From NCBI GenBank assembly GCA_051362555.1, contig CM120643.1:27718848-27782847 (forward strand): a DNA stretch of 64,000 nt, written 5' to 3'. The notes under the pieces are model-generated. The model made no database searches and had not been told where the DNA came from. It saw only the letters and a program-made list of their open reading frames with translations. A program made the translations under genes and the position numbers. This DNA is from Lingula anatina (Eukaryota; Animalia; Brachiopoda). This document shows positions 49,341-61,393 of this stretch, piece by piece (positions within the stretch are counted from its first letter, which is position 1; each line of letters begins with the position of its first letter).

Positions 49341-51018
49341 TGAGATAACAAAAACATGTTATCTATTTATCAATCATATTGATACCAAATATTAAAGTTA
49401 AGTTTATTCCATGAAAATATCCCATAGTCCATGCTAAATTCCTAGTTAGTGAGATATTATCCTTTCACTAATAATATCACTGCATTCTAATAAATCCATT
49501 TAAATGAAAAATGTCCCGTAGTCCATGCAATAATTCCCATCAGAGAGATAATTAAGATATTCTGTCCATTATAAAAACATCGCCCTATCCATCATTCCTC
49601 TGTAGGGACGTTTTTCCCCCCGCGTGATAAACCCAGCATGTATCACCTGATACCAACAGTGAGCAGAGAAAGTATTGGGAGTTCTCACTTGATTGCTGTC
49701 AAAGCTAGGGTAATATCCGATATGGCATCAAATCCCACAGTGAAGACTTAAAGAAGATTTTGGTCTATATTCTACAGCAGGGATTCCCCAGGGTTTGGGG
49801 TGCAGTGAATCCGAAATGTGAATTTGTAATTTGGTCATCGATTTACAGGGAATCCAGCCCAAGCAAGGTCAACAAACTAACCCCAAAATTTTCCAAGTTG
49901 TCCAGTCATCTTTGGAAATGTAGGCCCTCTTTTAGGGCCAAAAGCCGTCCAAATGATAACAAGCCTGGTCTCTGGGGAAAGCTTTGTTTACAATGGGTTT
50001 CTCACTTGATTGCTGTTGAAGCCAAGGTGGTATTGGAAATATAGCAGCCTACATCCCACACTATGATTTGGGTCCTTAGTTTATAACCAAGGGAAGCCCT
50101 CTTGTATAGCTGATGTTAGCCATTCAAAATGTTTCCAAATTATTCAAACATTTCCAAACTATTTGAATTGTCTTAATACGTTAGTTATCTTAAAAAAATT
50201 ATTTTTTTAAATTATCAATTCCTAGATTCAGGGTAACAGTTCACACAAAATTTAAAGTTTCAAAGTCTCTCTAAAGTTCTATCTTAAGTTTCAAAATGTT
50301 AACAAAAATACCCCAAAATACACCAAAGCATCCATATTAATTACAATTGTTCATTCTGTGAGAACATCCTACATGTCATACTCTGCTCAGCGTCGCCATC
50401 TGCTGGGTTTATCATATGGAGTGCTAACAACACCACACATGCATAGTAAATGTCTGAAACTGCCACTTGACCATCATACTGGAAGTCTATACATCAATCT
50501 TAAACTGGTTATGATGACATAATACACATCATAATATAGCAGACAGAAATGGACAATTATAAACTAAAGCACTCTGACAGTTAAAGCATGACATTATACA
50601 CAACATGAAGGAATGGGATGTAATTTAAAGCATGAAAATGACCGAATGAAACGGCAGTTAAAGCATACAAAGAGCACAAGGGAATAAGATTACATTTCGA
50701 AGAATGGAAGTCAGAACGACTTCTGAATGCCAGTGATTGGACATAAATGCACATAATTGGAGATAAATTAAATGTCAATTGTTTCGCTGTAAAATAAATA
50801 GGACAAGATACTGCATGTCATATCACCATCACATACAGCAAGTTTCTATAGCAACTGTTATAACATGTGACTATTACAGAAATTCAACTTCAAAGCTCGT
50901 GTAATTCTCAATAATTAATGTTGACTTATTGAACATTTTCACTGATAAAAAGAGGTTTTAAGTGAAACAACGGTTAAGAAATTCACTGTATTGATTAACA
51001 AAATTGCCAGCAACTTAC

Positions 51019-51078
51019 GGTTCCTTGGGATTTTCAATCCATTGTTGGAAAAAAATCCCAAGGTCAGACAAAGTCAGT
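51019..51078 (-). CDS. Candidate NDRG cassette exon, 60 nt (LTLSDLGIFFQQWIENPKE)
   Basis: gtaagt donor, gtcag acceptor (weak, with a competing out-of-frame AG 11 nt upstream), phase 2-2, stop-free. Confidence 0.4.
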
Positions 51079-51176
51079 CTGACACGTTTCTAGCAAAATG
51101 ACATAAAGCACACATTTACCAAGAAAACAGTCAGATTTCATCATCTGGAGAGACAATGCAACAGACTGTTATCTTA

Positions 51177-51351
51177 GGCTGCATTCTGAACAGTAATCTT
51201 ACTAGTCCGAGGGACATATATGGCCAACCCACATGAATACTTCCCTGTGGGGAATCTACCCTGTGTCTACTATTGGATTAGACGGCAAGCTTTTTGGTGG
51301 GTTGTCATATTTGACCCGCGGACTAGTCAGTCTACTGTTCTGAATGTGGTC
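51177..51351. mobile_element. 175-bp Tourist/PIF-Harbinger-like MITE
   Basis: TTA TSD on both sides; ~55-bp imperfect terminal inverted repeats (TIRs) ggctgcattctgaacagta...actagtccg / cggactagt...tactgttctgaatgtggtc. Confidence 0.8.
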
Positions 51352-52152
51352 TTAGACACAGACACCTGGTTAGATCACACCCCAAGAGCAGTTCACTTTA
51401 ACTAAACTGAAAGAATACACACATGCTTTCCCAATTAACTGTTCACATTTAGTAATTACTTAATGTCATGCCTTCAGAAACACTGGGAATTACATCTGAA
51501 GTGTCTTAACTGATGACTTTTGGTATTAAAAAAATGACAGTCAAGTCTTTGAGCCATGTTTATGAGGTTACTAGAAAAATGATCTTTCCATTTGAATAAG
51601 AAGCTCTCCTGTAAATAAATACTAGAACTCTCGATTTCATAACATACAATCAATATTCGCCACACTACTAGTAATACTAAAATGCACAATTCATTGCAAA
51701 ATCTGAGTTATGTCAGAATATAATTTCCCATCTTGTTTTTGTCTTCTGTAGAAACTGCGTTTTATACAATTTGATTACTAAATCCAATCAAGTGATGTTC
51801 AAATAATCATGACTCTCAAATGACTTGTCAGTTTTCTTGCACTTCTAAATGCTTCACATGCCAAATATGAAACAATTGCTCTAAGATTTTACTGAAGATA
51901 ATCTCAGTGCAGCTGTACCAGTAACAAAGTCAAGTTGAAAGTCATCATTAAGATCTGAGTATAAACTAGAATGTCAAACTACGATCTTAATGATGTTCAT
52001 GGAATATTCAACACATGCCACTGGCACTTTTACATCCGGTTAAACAAAACACACCAAAATCCTAGCTTTATAACAATCAATATTGAATTCGACACTGATG
52101 GAATAGAGCCAGGGGTTTGTATATAACGAGCACGCATGCACATGCAGATTAC

Positions 52153-52233
52153 ATGTTGTCTAGGGATGCCGTTGCTGCTAACGTGGTAGTCGCACACCCG
52201 TTGCTGGCATCCACCTCTACAATAGTGAAGTTG
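52153..52233 (-). CDS. Candidate NDRG cassette exon, 81 nt (NFTIVEVDASNGCATTLAATASLDN); an internal donor would give a 36-nt form
   Basis: Long CT-rich tract then atgcag; donor gtaatc followed directly by TGCATG x2; phase 2-2; stop-free. Confidence 0.62.
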
Positions 52234-54814
52234 CTGCATGCCGCAGAGAGAGAAAGAGAGGAGAGGGAGGAATAACGTGATTCGTAGTTAACAAATGCAC
52301 ATGCACATATTGTGTTCAATTAAGGGCTGACTTAGCCTTGAAATAGACTAAATGGCATCACAGGAGGTTCGGACTGAGGTCAAGTATCTATTACCAAGAA
52401 TGATCAAACAGAATGTACGATTTTACCCAAAAAAGAGGTCTTCTAAAACTGAGATAAAAAGTTTGCTTTTAGCATCTGTAAAATCTTGACCAAGGTGTGT
52501 CATTTCACAATTTTTTTTTCATAAACCAGATTGAAATCCTTGATTAAAATGGCTCTAAACCAAAACTTTTTGCCTCCCAATGTGCAATTCACTGACACAC
52601 TGAGATGAAATCATGGCCACAGAGAAATTATGAATATCCCTCGTACACGATATTAGTCTATTTCAAGCAACAATGATATATGCACAAATCCTTCAGTTTT
52701 TATTTTGGGGCAAGGCAGTAGGTGATTTGCCCCTTCATTTTTTTTACAACAATCATAATTTTAGTTTTAAAAATCCATCGCAAAATAGCATTTCTTCACC
52801 AATTTCCATTGATTTAAAAATTGCCTTTAATTTTTCACAAGGCAAAATTTACTAAAAAGTTTGATTAAAACAAAGGAGTTCTCTCTCCAGCGCAACATAA
52901 TTCTTCCCAACGACACCATCGTCAAGTTAGTGCTCGATGTCAATTAAACTACAGTAACCACTCACAGAATTCAAACACCCAAATGACCTAAATTTCTGTT
53001 TTCTTTTTTCTTTCATGATTTGTCATTACAAGTTAATCACTAGGACATAATTTCTGGCACAGAACCAGTTTACTTACTGGCTCCTCAAAACTACATTATC
53101 AGGTTTTGCCAATAAAGCATTGTTTGGGAAACATCATCAATCAAATTTGTTCTAATTCCAAGAGTAATTACCATTATTCATCAGCAATACTTCAGACAAA
53201 GCAATGGGACTCCTTTCAGCATTACAAAACTCAATATACCGTAAGATGTTTTTTGCCGCCTTTCACATTTGCTTTATCTGCAGTTTTACTGCCCTTTATT
53301 TTGACAGAAATTTTCAAGAGCTAGCACATGATCAAGTTTTCATTTACACATGCCATCAATGTATCACATTAGTTATTGTGATTCTCTGGAGAGGCATAAC
53401 GTATTGATATTTCTAATCATTAGTGAAATTGCTCATTCAGAACTGTTACAGCTTTTATATGAATATTATAAATATTGTGGGTACAATTTCTCAAGTCGAC
53501 CAGATTTTTCTAGTAAAATATTGTAGGTACAATTTCTCAAGTCGACCAGATTTTTCTAGTAAAATATAAAATGCTGACAAGAAACAGTGCAGTTTTGAGA
53601 TGCTGGCAATGTTGAGACATAAATTAAATTTTCCAATTTTAAATCCAAACAACTCCTTCAAAAAGCAAGGACAGTATCCCAGCTGAGGCAGCTGTTATTT
53701 CGACCATATTTTCCATTCACAATGGATGCACAATCTGGGGGTTTATAAACCATCTAGAAAGCATGCTGTTTGTCATACCACAATATGATTACTATCATAT
53801 CATTTTGAGCACATCCAGACCTCACTCTTCAATTTTAGGTTATGTAGGCAAAAAAGTGCCATCATTTGTAGGAAATTCATATCTAAATTTACATCTAAAT
53901 TTTAGATAGCATTTAAAGTGAATAACCCTACAGAAACAAGGCTTGAAATTCACGAGATTTTTAAATTTTTTTTTTCAACTTAAAAATTATTCACAATTTT
54001 AAAATTAATTTATCAAATTTAAAAAATATATATTTTTTAACAAACATGAATGTGCTGTAGGTTGGTATAAAATTATATATATTTTTTAAAAAACATGAAT
54101 GTGCTGTAGGTTGGTATAAAATTAAAGTCTGAATGAGCTCAAAGCAAGAGTTTTGTGAAAGCAACAACAGCAAGTGATGCATATAAGCTATCTAGTTAGC
54201 AAATCATTGATTTTTACAGCATCCAAAACCATTTGTCAAAATGACCTGCTCTGGTTTAGATGCAAACCACCCACACAAAACATATTTGCCAGGATGCAGA
54301 TACAACATGTGCCAACTAGCAAAGGTTATAAGGCTTAATTTTATTGTGTTTCTGCACTGACTAGACTATCAACTGTTCAACTAGTCCAACATGCCCAATC
54401 TTATTGTTAGTTTTAATCAAGAATCATGTCTATGTCTGAGTTGGCAAATGTAAAGGGAGAAAAAAAAAACACCATTTAGGTTTAATCTAGCAAAATTTTA
54501 ATTACAATTTCAGCCAGTTTTGCAATATTTTCAATTTTTGTTCAGCAAAATATAAAGTTATTAAGCCTCTTTATTTTAGATTTTTATATCATTGCGAAAG
54601 TCTAGACTATGACTGACAAGTACAGTAATAGAGAGTGAGCAGAGGGAATCAAGCTCTGCATCAAGGCTGGCAGTGTGGAGTTATACAGTGAGGGAGAAAA
54701 GCAGATGCATCAATTAATGCTGTCCTTGTTTTCGCAACTTGATATTAATATATTCTTATACCCAATGCATATATGCTGTTCAAGGTGACTTTGTTCAGTT
54801 ATTAAATTCTTAAA

Positions 54815-54856
<42 letters not shown>

Positions 54857-55542
54857 GAACTGATGACAGAGCACCCAAACAGCATACATACATTGCATAA
54901 TCTAATTAATCATATAACACCAGTAATTATACATCCATAATATACACATACCCTAGCAAGCAGGATTACATGTTCCACTATATTTATAACTGCTGGGTGA
55001 AGCTCTTTCAGTCTAGTGACACACCAGGGGATCTTATCTCAAGAATTATTTAAATAATGAAACTGTAATTAAGACCCACAAGAGTTGATTCAATCTGCTG
55101 AGTATGTTTTGATTTTTGCCAACAAGAGAGACAACAACTGCAGCTTGCTTTAATACTTGAAACAATTCTGAAAACTTACACCAATGTATGTGCATGTGTG
55201 TGTGTGCATGTGGGTACGTGCATGTTTGCATACATGTATATCTTTGTCCATGTCTGTGCATGTGCATGTGTCTTTATGCGTGTGCATGGATGTAAGCGTA
55301 CAGTTGGGAGTGGGATACTGAACTGATAATTTTTCAGTACTAATACCAATCTAACACATCTCTTCATTGAGACAAGCACCCTGAGTGTCACAGCCTCCAA
55401 AGCACCTTACCCCTCTGGTCACCAGTCACTTCCTGGTTAATCTACTACTGATCATAGTCACTGATTCACAGGGTGCTAAGACTGACAGCAGTGCGTGATA
55501 ACTATATAATATACAATGATATATATAATAAGTTTTACTTAC

Positions 55543-55572
55543 ACAGGTGCCTTGGGGTCCCCTATCTCCTGT
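55543..55572 (-). CDS. Candidate NDRG microexon, 30 nt (QEIGDPKAP)
   Basis: cttcttag acceptor, gtaagt donor, phase 2-2, stop-free. Confidence 0.68.
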
Positions 55573-56183
55573 CTAAGAAGTATACAAAACAGACACACAT
55601 TGTTAGTACAACACACCACTTTAGACTCACACTAGCTGATATAATATCACTGCAACGTTTTAGCCAATAAATGAAAAATCCGTCTAACATGTTGCATTTT
55701 CTTTTTCTTTTCTTTTACTTGTGACCATTTTTGAAATATACCATACACTAGGGTGAGCCTAAGAAAGAACTTCAATACAGAATACTATGTTTGATATGCT
55801 GTAAGTTCATAGCAATATCTTTTAATTGAATAAATGCTAAAATCATGATATCCCTGAAAGAAAGTGTTACAAAATGATAAAAGGCAGGTTGTAATCAGAA
55901 GGTTTCCAGGATTTAATAGTGTTCCAAAAACAAACATTTTTTTTCTTATACTAATTTTATCAACAATTCTACATCAGATTCAACAAATTGGACATTTAAA
56001 TACTAAATAAAACTGATTTAATAATGTTAATTAAAAGCATGTTTAATTTCTCTGAACCAGTTTCTCAGTAGTTTGTCTCTGAATTGGATGACCTGAGCAA
56101 TGAATTAATTTTCCAATACAAGTCATTTTATTTTCCTCAGCCCCTGGAATGATAAGTACCAAAATATCCTCTCCAGAAACCAG

Positions 56184-56917
56184 GCCCCCGTTTCACAAAG
56201 AATCTTAAATCCGTAGACGTCTTACTCGAGCTGGGTGGCCTAGCTAGGTCGACTTAGCTGAAGTCGACTTGGAGTGTTTCACAAAGAATCTAACGTCTTA
56301 GCTTGGCGTGCTTACCGTAGTCGACGCGCACGAGAAACTCTTCAAGAAAAGGAGGTGTAAAATTGCAAAAGTTTCACAAGACATGACGTTTCATGGCCTC
56401 TTTCGGCCGAGAACGCTCGTTTATCAACAATAAAAGTCAGCCAAAACACAAACAAAGTTTGTTTTTGAACTTTATTGATAAGTTTAACTTCAATACAACT
56501 TCAAAGTAACAGTTAAACATTAGCTTGTCGTAGAACACTACTGAGGGACGTCTAGCGGTCAAAAACATAAACAAACACGCGATCGGCTGGGTAAAGTGGA
56601 ATTTTATTTTTTATTTTAATATTCCATAAATGTCAGTGCTATTCAAGGATATTATAACACAATATCTTGAAGGAGGTATGTCCTTTCCAAATTTTTGTTA
56701 TTTATGCTCTCATTTACCGAGTTTTAGTTGAGCTTGCCGACTTAAGTCTCCTCCCGAGGAGGCTTGACATCGTCGACGTACAGCTAAGAAAAAAACGACG
56801 TAAGCGACCTTTTAGATTCTTTGTGAAACGGGACTTAGTGACGTAATGACTTAATTACGTTGGTAACCAAGCCCTAAGTCAGGGAAACCGACTTAAGTTT
56901 TTTTGTGAAACGGGGGC
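56184..56917. mobile_element. 734-bp non-autonomous PIF/Harbinger-type DNA transposon
   Basis: Perfect TIRs GCCCCCGTTTCACAAA...TTTGTGAAACGGGGGC; CAG TSD at 56181-56183 and 56918-56920; subterminal copies of TTTCACAAAGAATCT; CpG-rich; no ORF. Confidence 0.88.
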
Positions 56918-57777
56918 CAGGTCAACCCAGATGGAAAAAATTCAAGATGGAAAGGTCAAGTGATACTACTCTGAGTGTCATATCATAGTCAGAGATATCA
57001 ATTGACAGTTCAATGATTAATGTAATATTATTATCTACATTGACAGTTCAATGATTAATGTAATATTATTATCTACATATTTATGTGAACCTTGGAAGTG
57101 TTCACTTGCCCCATTCTAACCTGTCAATTGGGACTTTATAAAGTATATTCACGCTAGAAAAAACGCTCAAAGAGTGCAGAATGCAGCCATAAATGGACTT
57201 GGTGCAGAAAAGCACTATCGAATCCCTACTAATACTAATGAAAATGCACTTTTCACAAGTATAATGCAAATAATTTGTCATAAAACAACACCTGTCATGT
57301 ATTTAGAACACAGCCATGCATTATTTATCCAATATCTATCATGGTTCCTTGGGATAATAGAAAAACCTGTCATTTTACAACATTTGTGTTGAAAGAGCAT
57401 CAATAATATACCGCCAAACTGACAGCACATGCCAGCACTGACAATCAATACAAGCTTTTTTTCCCCTTTACCATCTCTTCCATAGTCCTGTCCTGTACAT
57501 TATGGGAATCCCCATAATACTACACACAGTCACACAACCACTAGGCACATCCCATAATATTAAGCCCCATCCCATAATTTTACATCACAACCAAAAACGA
57601 TTACATATACAAACATTTATATCTGAATATGAACATTTAGATCAATCCATAAATACCATCATTTACTAACAATTAAGAGAATAAGTCTGACAATTGTACA
57701 GACATTAAACAATACAAATTTATACAAATTAGTATGTTGACAAAAATGGACTTATTATCAATAAACAATGTTCGTAC

Positions 57778-57898
57778 CTTTGCATCAGCGGCAGAGCTCC
57801 ATCGTGCTGTCCGGGGGCGTTGATGTGGTAGACACAGAAATGTCTCAAGATGGGCTGCATGTCGCCATAGCTGAAGAACCCTTGGAAGTTGGTCACAT
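57778..57898 (-). CDS. NDRG: NDRG exon
   Basis: cag/gtacg; VTNFQGFFSYGDMQPILRHFCVYHINAPGQHDGALPLMQ; ends in phase 2. Confidence 0.92.
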
Positions 57899-58194
57899 CT
57901 GGAAAAGACGATAGTTTGAAAGGATGTTTATATGACACAAACTAATGTAAAATAGGTATCCGTGCCTGTAAATAAGGAGCAATGCTATCATAACCATACA
58001 ACAGAATCACGCATATCAAGAACTGTCTAGAAAATCCAATTTTTCTGAAGCATTATTTGTGGGCCCATTAAACCAGGTATCTTCAAATTCACAAGCCACA
58101 ATAAAGAATAACATATTTTACACCAAAGACTTCCACTAAACATACATTTACTTCATGTATTATTTGTTCAGGGACAGGTGCTTGGTTGACTTAC

Positions 58195-58294
58195 GGTTCA
58201 GTCCTATGTCATGGTATGTGATGATGGCCGCCTTGGACCTGTCTCCTTGAACTGCCACGCGGAGAGTGCCACGCCCAGTCTCAATGTCATCTTC
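58195..58294 (-). CDS. NDRG: NDRG exon
   Basis: cag/gtaagt; EDDIETGRGTLRVAVQGDRSKAAIITYHDIGLN. Confidence 0.92.
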
Positions 58295-58769
58295 CTGAAA
58301 CAGAGACACAGTAACGGAGATCAAACAACAATCAACAGAAACATTGCAGAAGATCATTTTATGTAATAATAGTCAACTTAAACTTAGACAAATGCCAATG
58401 TTGTTTTCCTTAAATAGAGAAACATTATGTAAGATGTAAATAACAGTCAACTTAAACTGAGACCAATGATGTTTTTTCCTGGAATAAACACACAAAAGAC
58501 ATGAAACTATATTCAACCTATACCCGTCTCCTTAAGAGTCAAGACTATTTCACAATAACTTTCACTCTCCTTGGTGAAGAAAATAGCCAGTTGAGAAATG
58601 TCAAGTGCCCAAAATGTAGGTGAATAAATTCCATTTTAGTATTGTAAGCCATGACCAAAATGATTAGAACTATAGACTTTTAGTGGACCTATCATCTTAG
58701 ACTACTATTACTTAGTTCTTCAGCTTTCTACTTCATAATAAGCAGGACAAAAACATTTATCATCTCTAA

Positions 58770-58918
58770 GGCCCCATTCAGAATAGGAGACTAACCCAGG
58801 GTCAAATATGGCGACCCACTACAAAGCTTTCCATCTTATCTGCTAATAGACACTGAATAGATATTCTGTTGGGAAGAATTCTAGTGGGTCGGCCATATTT
58901 TACCCTCAGACTAGTAAG
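58770..58918. mobile_element. Second, degraded copy of the Tourist-like MITE, in opposite orientation to the copy at 51177-51351
   Basis: TAA then ggccccattcagaa...gggtcaaatatggcgacccac; the internal segment aligns by eye with the reverse complement of 51200-51350; right end truncated. Confidence 0.7.
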
Positions 58919-61313
58919 TCCCCTTTACATCAATACTGGCCTATGTGACCAGAGACAGTAACCTTTTTGGCTTCTGCTGCGCGTTTACATAAAGCTCTCA
59001 GTATTAATGGAATACCTATCAGATCAACCTGAGGCAAATCACGTCTGTATGTGATACTACTGGATTCCCCATTCCCCAATATAGATTGCCTGTGCATTTT
59101 CTTTGATCTCATGACTGTAAACCCTGCATGGATTCCTATTAACAAAGTTCAATTAATTTTTGCATCGATAAACTCTGAAAGCCTTCAACATAGACATCTA
59201 TTGACTGCAGTGATTGTAAGTCATCAACTGAAATGTAATTTCATTCCTTATTTAACCAATGATGCAGATATTCAAATCATTCAGTATCAAAAATACATGT
59301 GCTGGTTGTAGACTTAAAGAAATAAATATTTTTCTTTAATAGATCTAATTTATAAAATTGTGAAGTGAAGATATCAAACACCTGATTATTTTCTACACCA
59401 TAGCCGTTTAACCATTAAACCCTCATGACTATTACCCCCTTTGGGCAATGCCCCTCCCTCCCTTTCTCTCTCCACATAAATCACAAATCCTCCTTCCAAT
59501 CAATGAATGTAAGCCTCAGACTCAAACTCCAGATTAAACCTAGCTTGTCCACATCCTGACTCCAAACTCTTGACATTCCTTCCATGGGACTTGGTGCTGC
59601 AACCATAAAACCAATCTCTCCCATTTTACATTGGACTTTTGTATTGATGATATGAATATAGGGATGGAAATCCATTGATTCTGATGATCCCCTAGGAAAA
59701 TATAAATTATCTCTTGGACACAATGTGAAACCGTTCCTGGAATGAGTTTTGTTTCTGATCTATTTTGTAATTCTGTACAGACTTGATCATCAACAATAAC
59801 AATTTGACAGATTCGCTGTGGAACATAAAATATTTTTGCCAAAGTCCTGGATTATTGTACTACTACTAGTAATTTAAAAATTTTTTCAGGCATTGATAAA
59901 TATCAAAAAAATGTGCCAGTCACCCTTGAACCTGTCAAAAACCACTAATAACAGATTTATCTATCAAAGACAGCTAAGATTTACTTCAATATCAGACTAC
60001 TTCTACACTGACTCAGCTTTGATTGATTATGTTATAAAACACCTGCCCACCTGCAGAAAGTACAGCATGTTAACAGATAAAACACCTTCACATATCTTCT
60101 TTAAGATTGACATTTATCCTCTGAACAAATCAATGAGATGTGCCAATTTTTTTTCTCATTTACTTTGTTGGGGACAGGAAAGTTTGTATTTCACTGCAGA
60201 TCTTTCAGGATTCAACCTGCGTACTTGGAAATATTGATGGGTCTACATCATAACAGAACCACTAATATAGCACTCCCTGATACCAAAGCTGGATTGCTTG
60301 TCTAGGCCTATTACTTTAAAATACTTAACATTCATAAGAAATGACACTGAGCAAGCTATAACTCTCTGTTCTTATGACTGTCTTGTGTTAATACTAGCAG
60401 AATGTAGTTGCACGCTGTAGTAGCGCAATTTTCCTTTTCTGTCAAATTTATTTATTTTGCTGATGACATCCCCATCTCTCAGAAATAACAACACTCGTTT
60501 CGCATTATTTCATGGGTCACGATGACATGGCTGCTGTAGGTGACCATGTATCTACCTGTATTCCCTGTAGGACAGGTGAGATAAAGCATGATGGAACCTA
60601 GAAGCTCATTACTAAGTAATGTGCCTACTAATGAGAAAAATTAGATAATTAGATGAATGGAATTCTTGACCACTATGGTTTTTGAGACACACACTCTGGG
60701 GTAGCACTAGCAAATTTTTTTCTCTGAGCCAAATCACTACTTCTTTGTCAATTTGTTATCCAATGGTTATAATTTGACTAAAATAAGTCGAATCAAGCCC
60801 TTTTTGTTAAGCCAATTTAAGTCACTGTCAGTTTTAACATTTGCATGCCAACAAGAAACAAATCTTCAGGAACCTCAGAATTTCAAAAGATTTCAGCATA
60901 CATTATGTTTACATTCAAATGATGAAGCAAATTTGTACAGGCAATACTCATGCTTCAAGGGCAAATAAATGAGAGAGAGAGAGAGAGAGAGAGGGGGGGG
61001 AGACAAAATATTTGGTTCATCAATTACTAGTACTATAGGCTCAATATCTGGAATCAACATCCCAGCATCCCAAGCATACCTACAAGACTATGGTAAACAT
61101 GAGGATTGGGAAGTAATTGAGGGAGAGAGGTTCAATAACTGCCTGCTTGCCCTGGATGGTCCTTGACTATACAGGACATATAAACACGAGGTTCCATTTT
61201 CAAGGACATATCGCTCAAAATAAACTGTGCTAGAGAGAAATGTCCAATGTCACATTGCATAATGTTAATGTCCCAAAGAGTCAAAATGTTAAAAATATAT
61301 ATCCTGTCGCTCA

Positions 61314-61316
<3 letters not shown>

Positions 61317-61390
<74 letters not shown>
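61317..61390. repeat. Compound (CT)n(CA)n microsatellite
   Basis: Read directly from the sequence. Confidence 0.95.

Positions 61391-61393
<3 letters not shown>

Noticed and set aside
50382-50423. 42-nt ag/gt-bounded segment as an NDRG cassette exon
   Set aside because: Contains TGA in the host frame; the GC-rich core is better explained as a CTCF-like motif. A poison exon is not excluded.
55186-55300. Dense TGCATG cluster as RBFOX sites for the 30-nt microexon
   Set aside because: The TGCATG copies are on the plus strand, antisense to NDRG; it looks like a decayed (GT)/(GCAT) microsatellite.
55411-55441. Segment encoding INQEVTGDQR before a gtaagg donor, similar to the QE[IT]GD exons
   Set aside because: No acceptor gives a phase 2-2, stop-free exon.
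53470-57080. Small two-copy tandem duplications (53473-53565, 54025-54122, 57001-57080; also 49678-50065)
   Set aside because: Ordinary slippage-type duplications with no sign of function.
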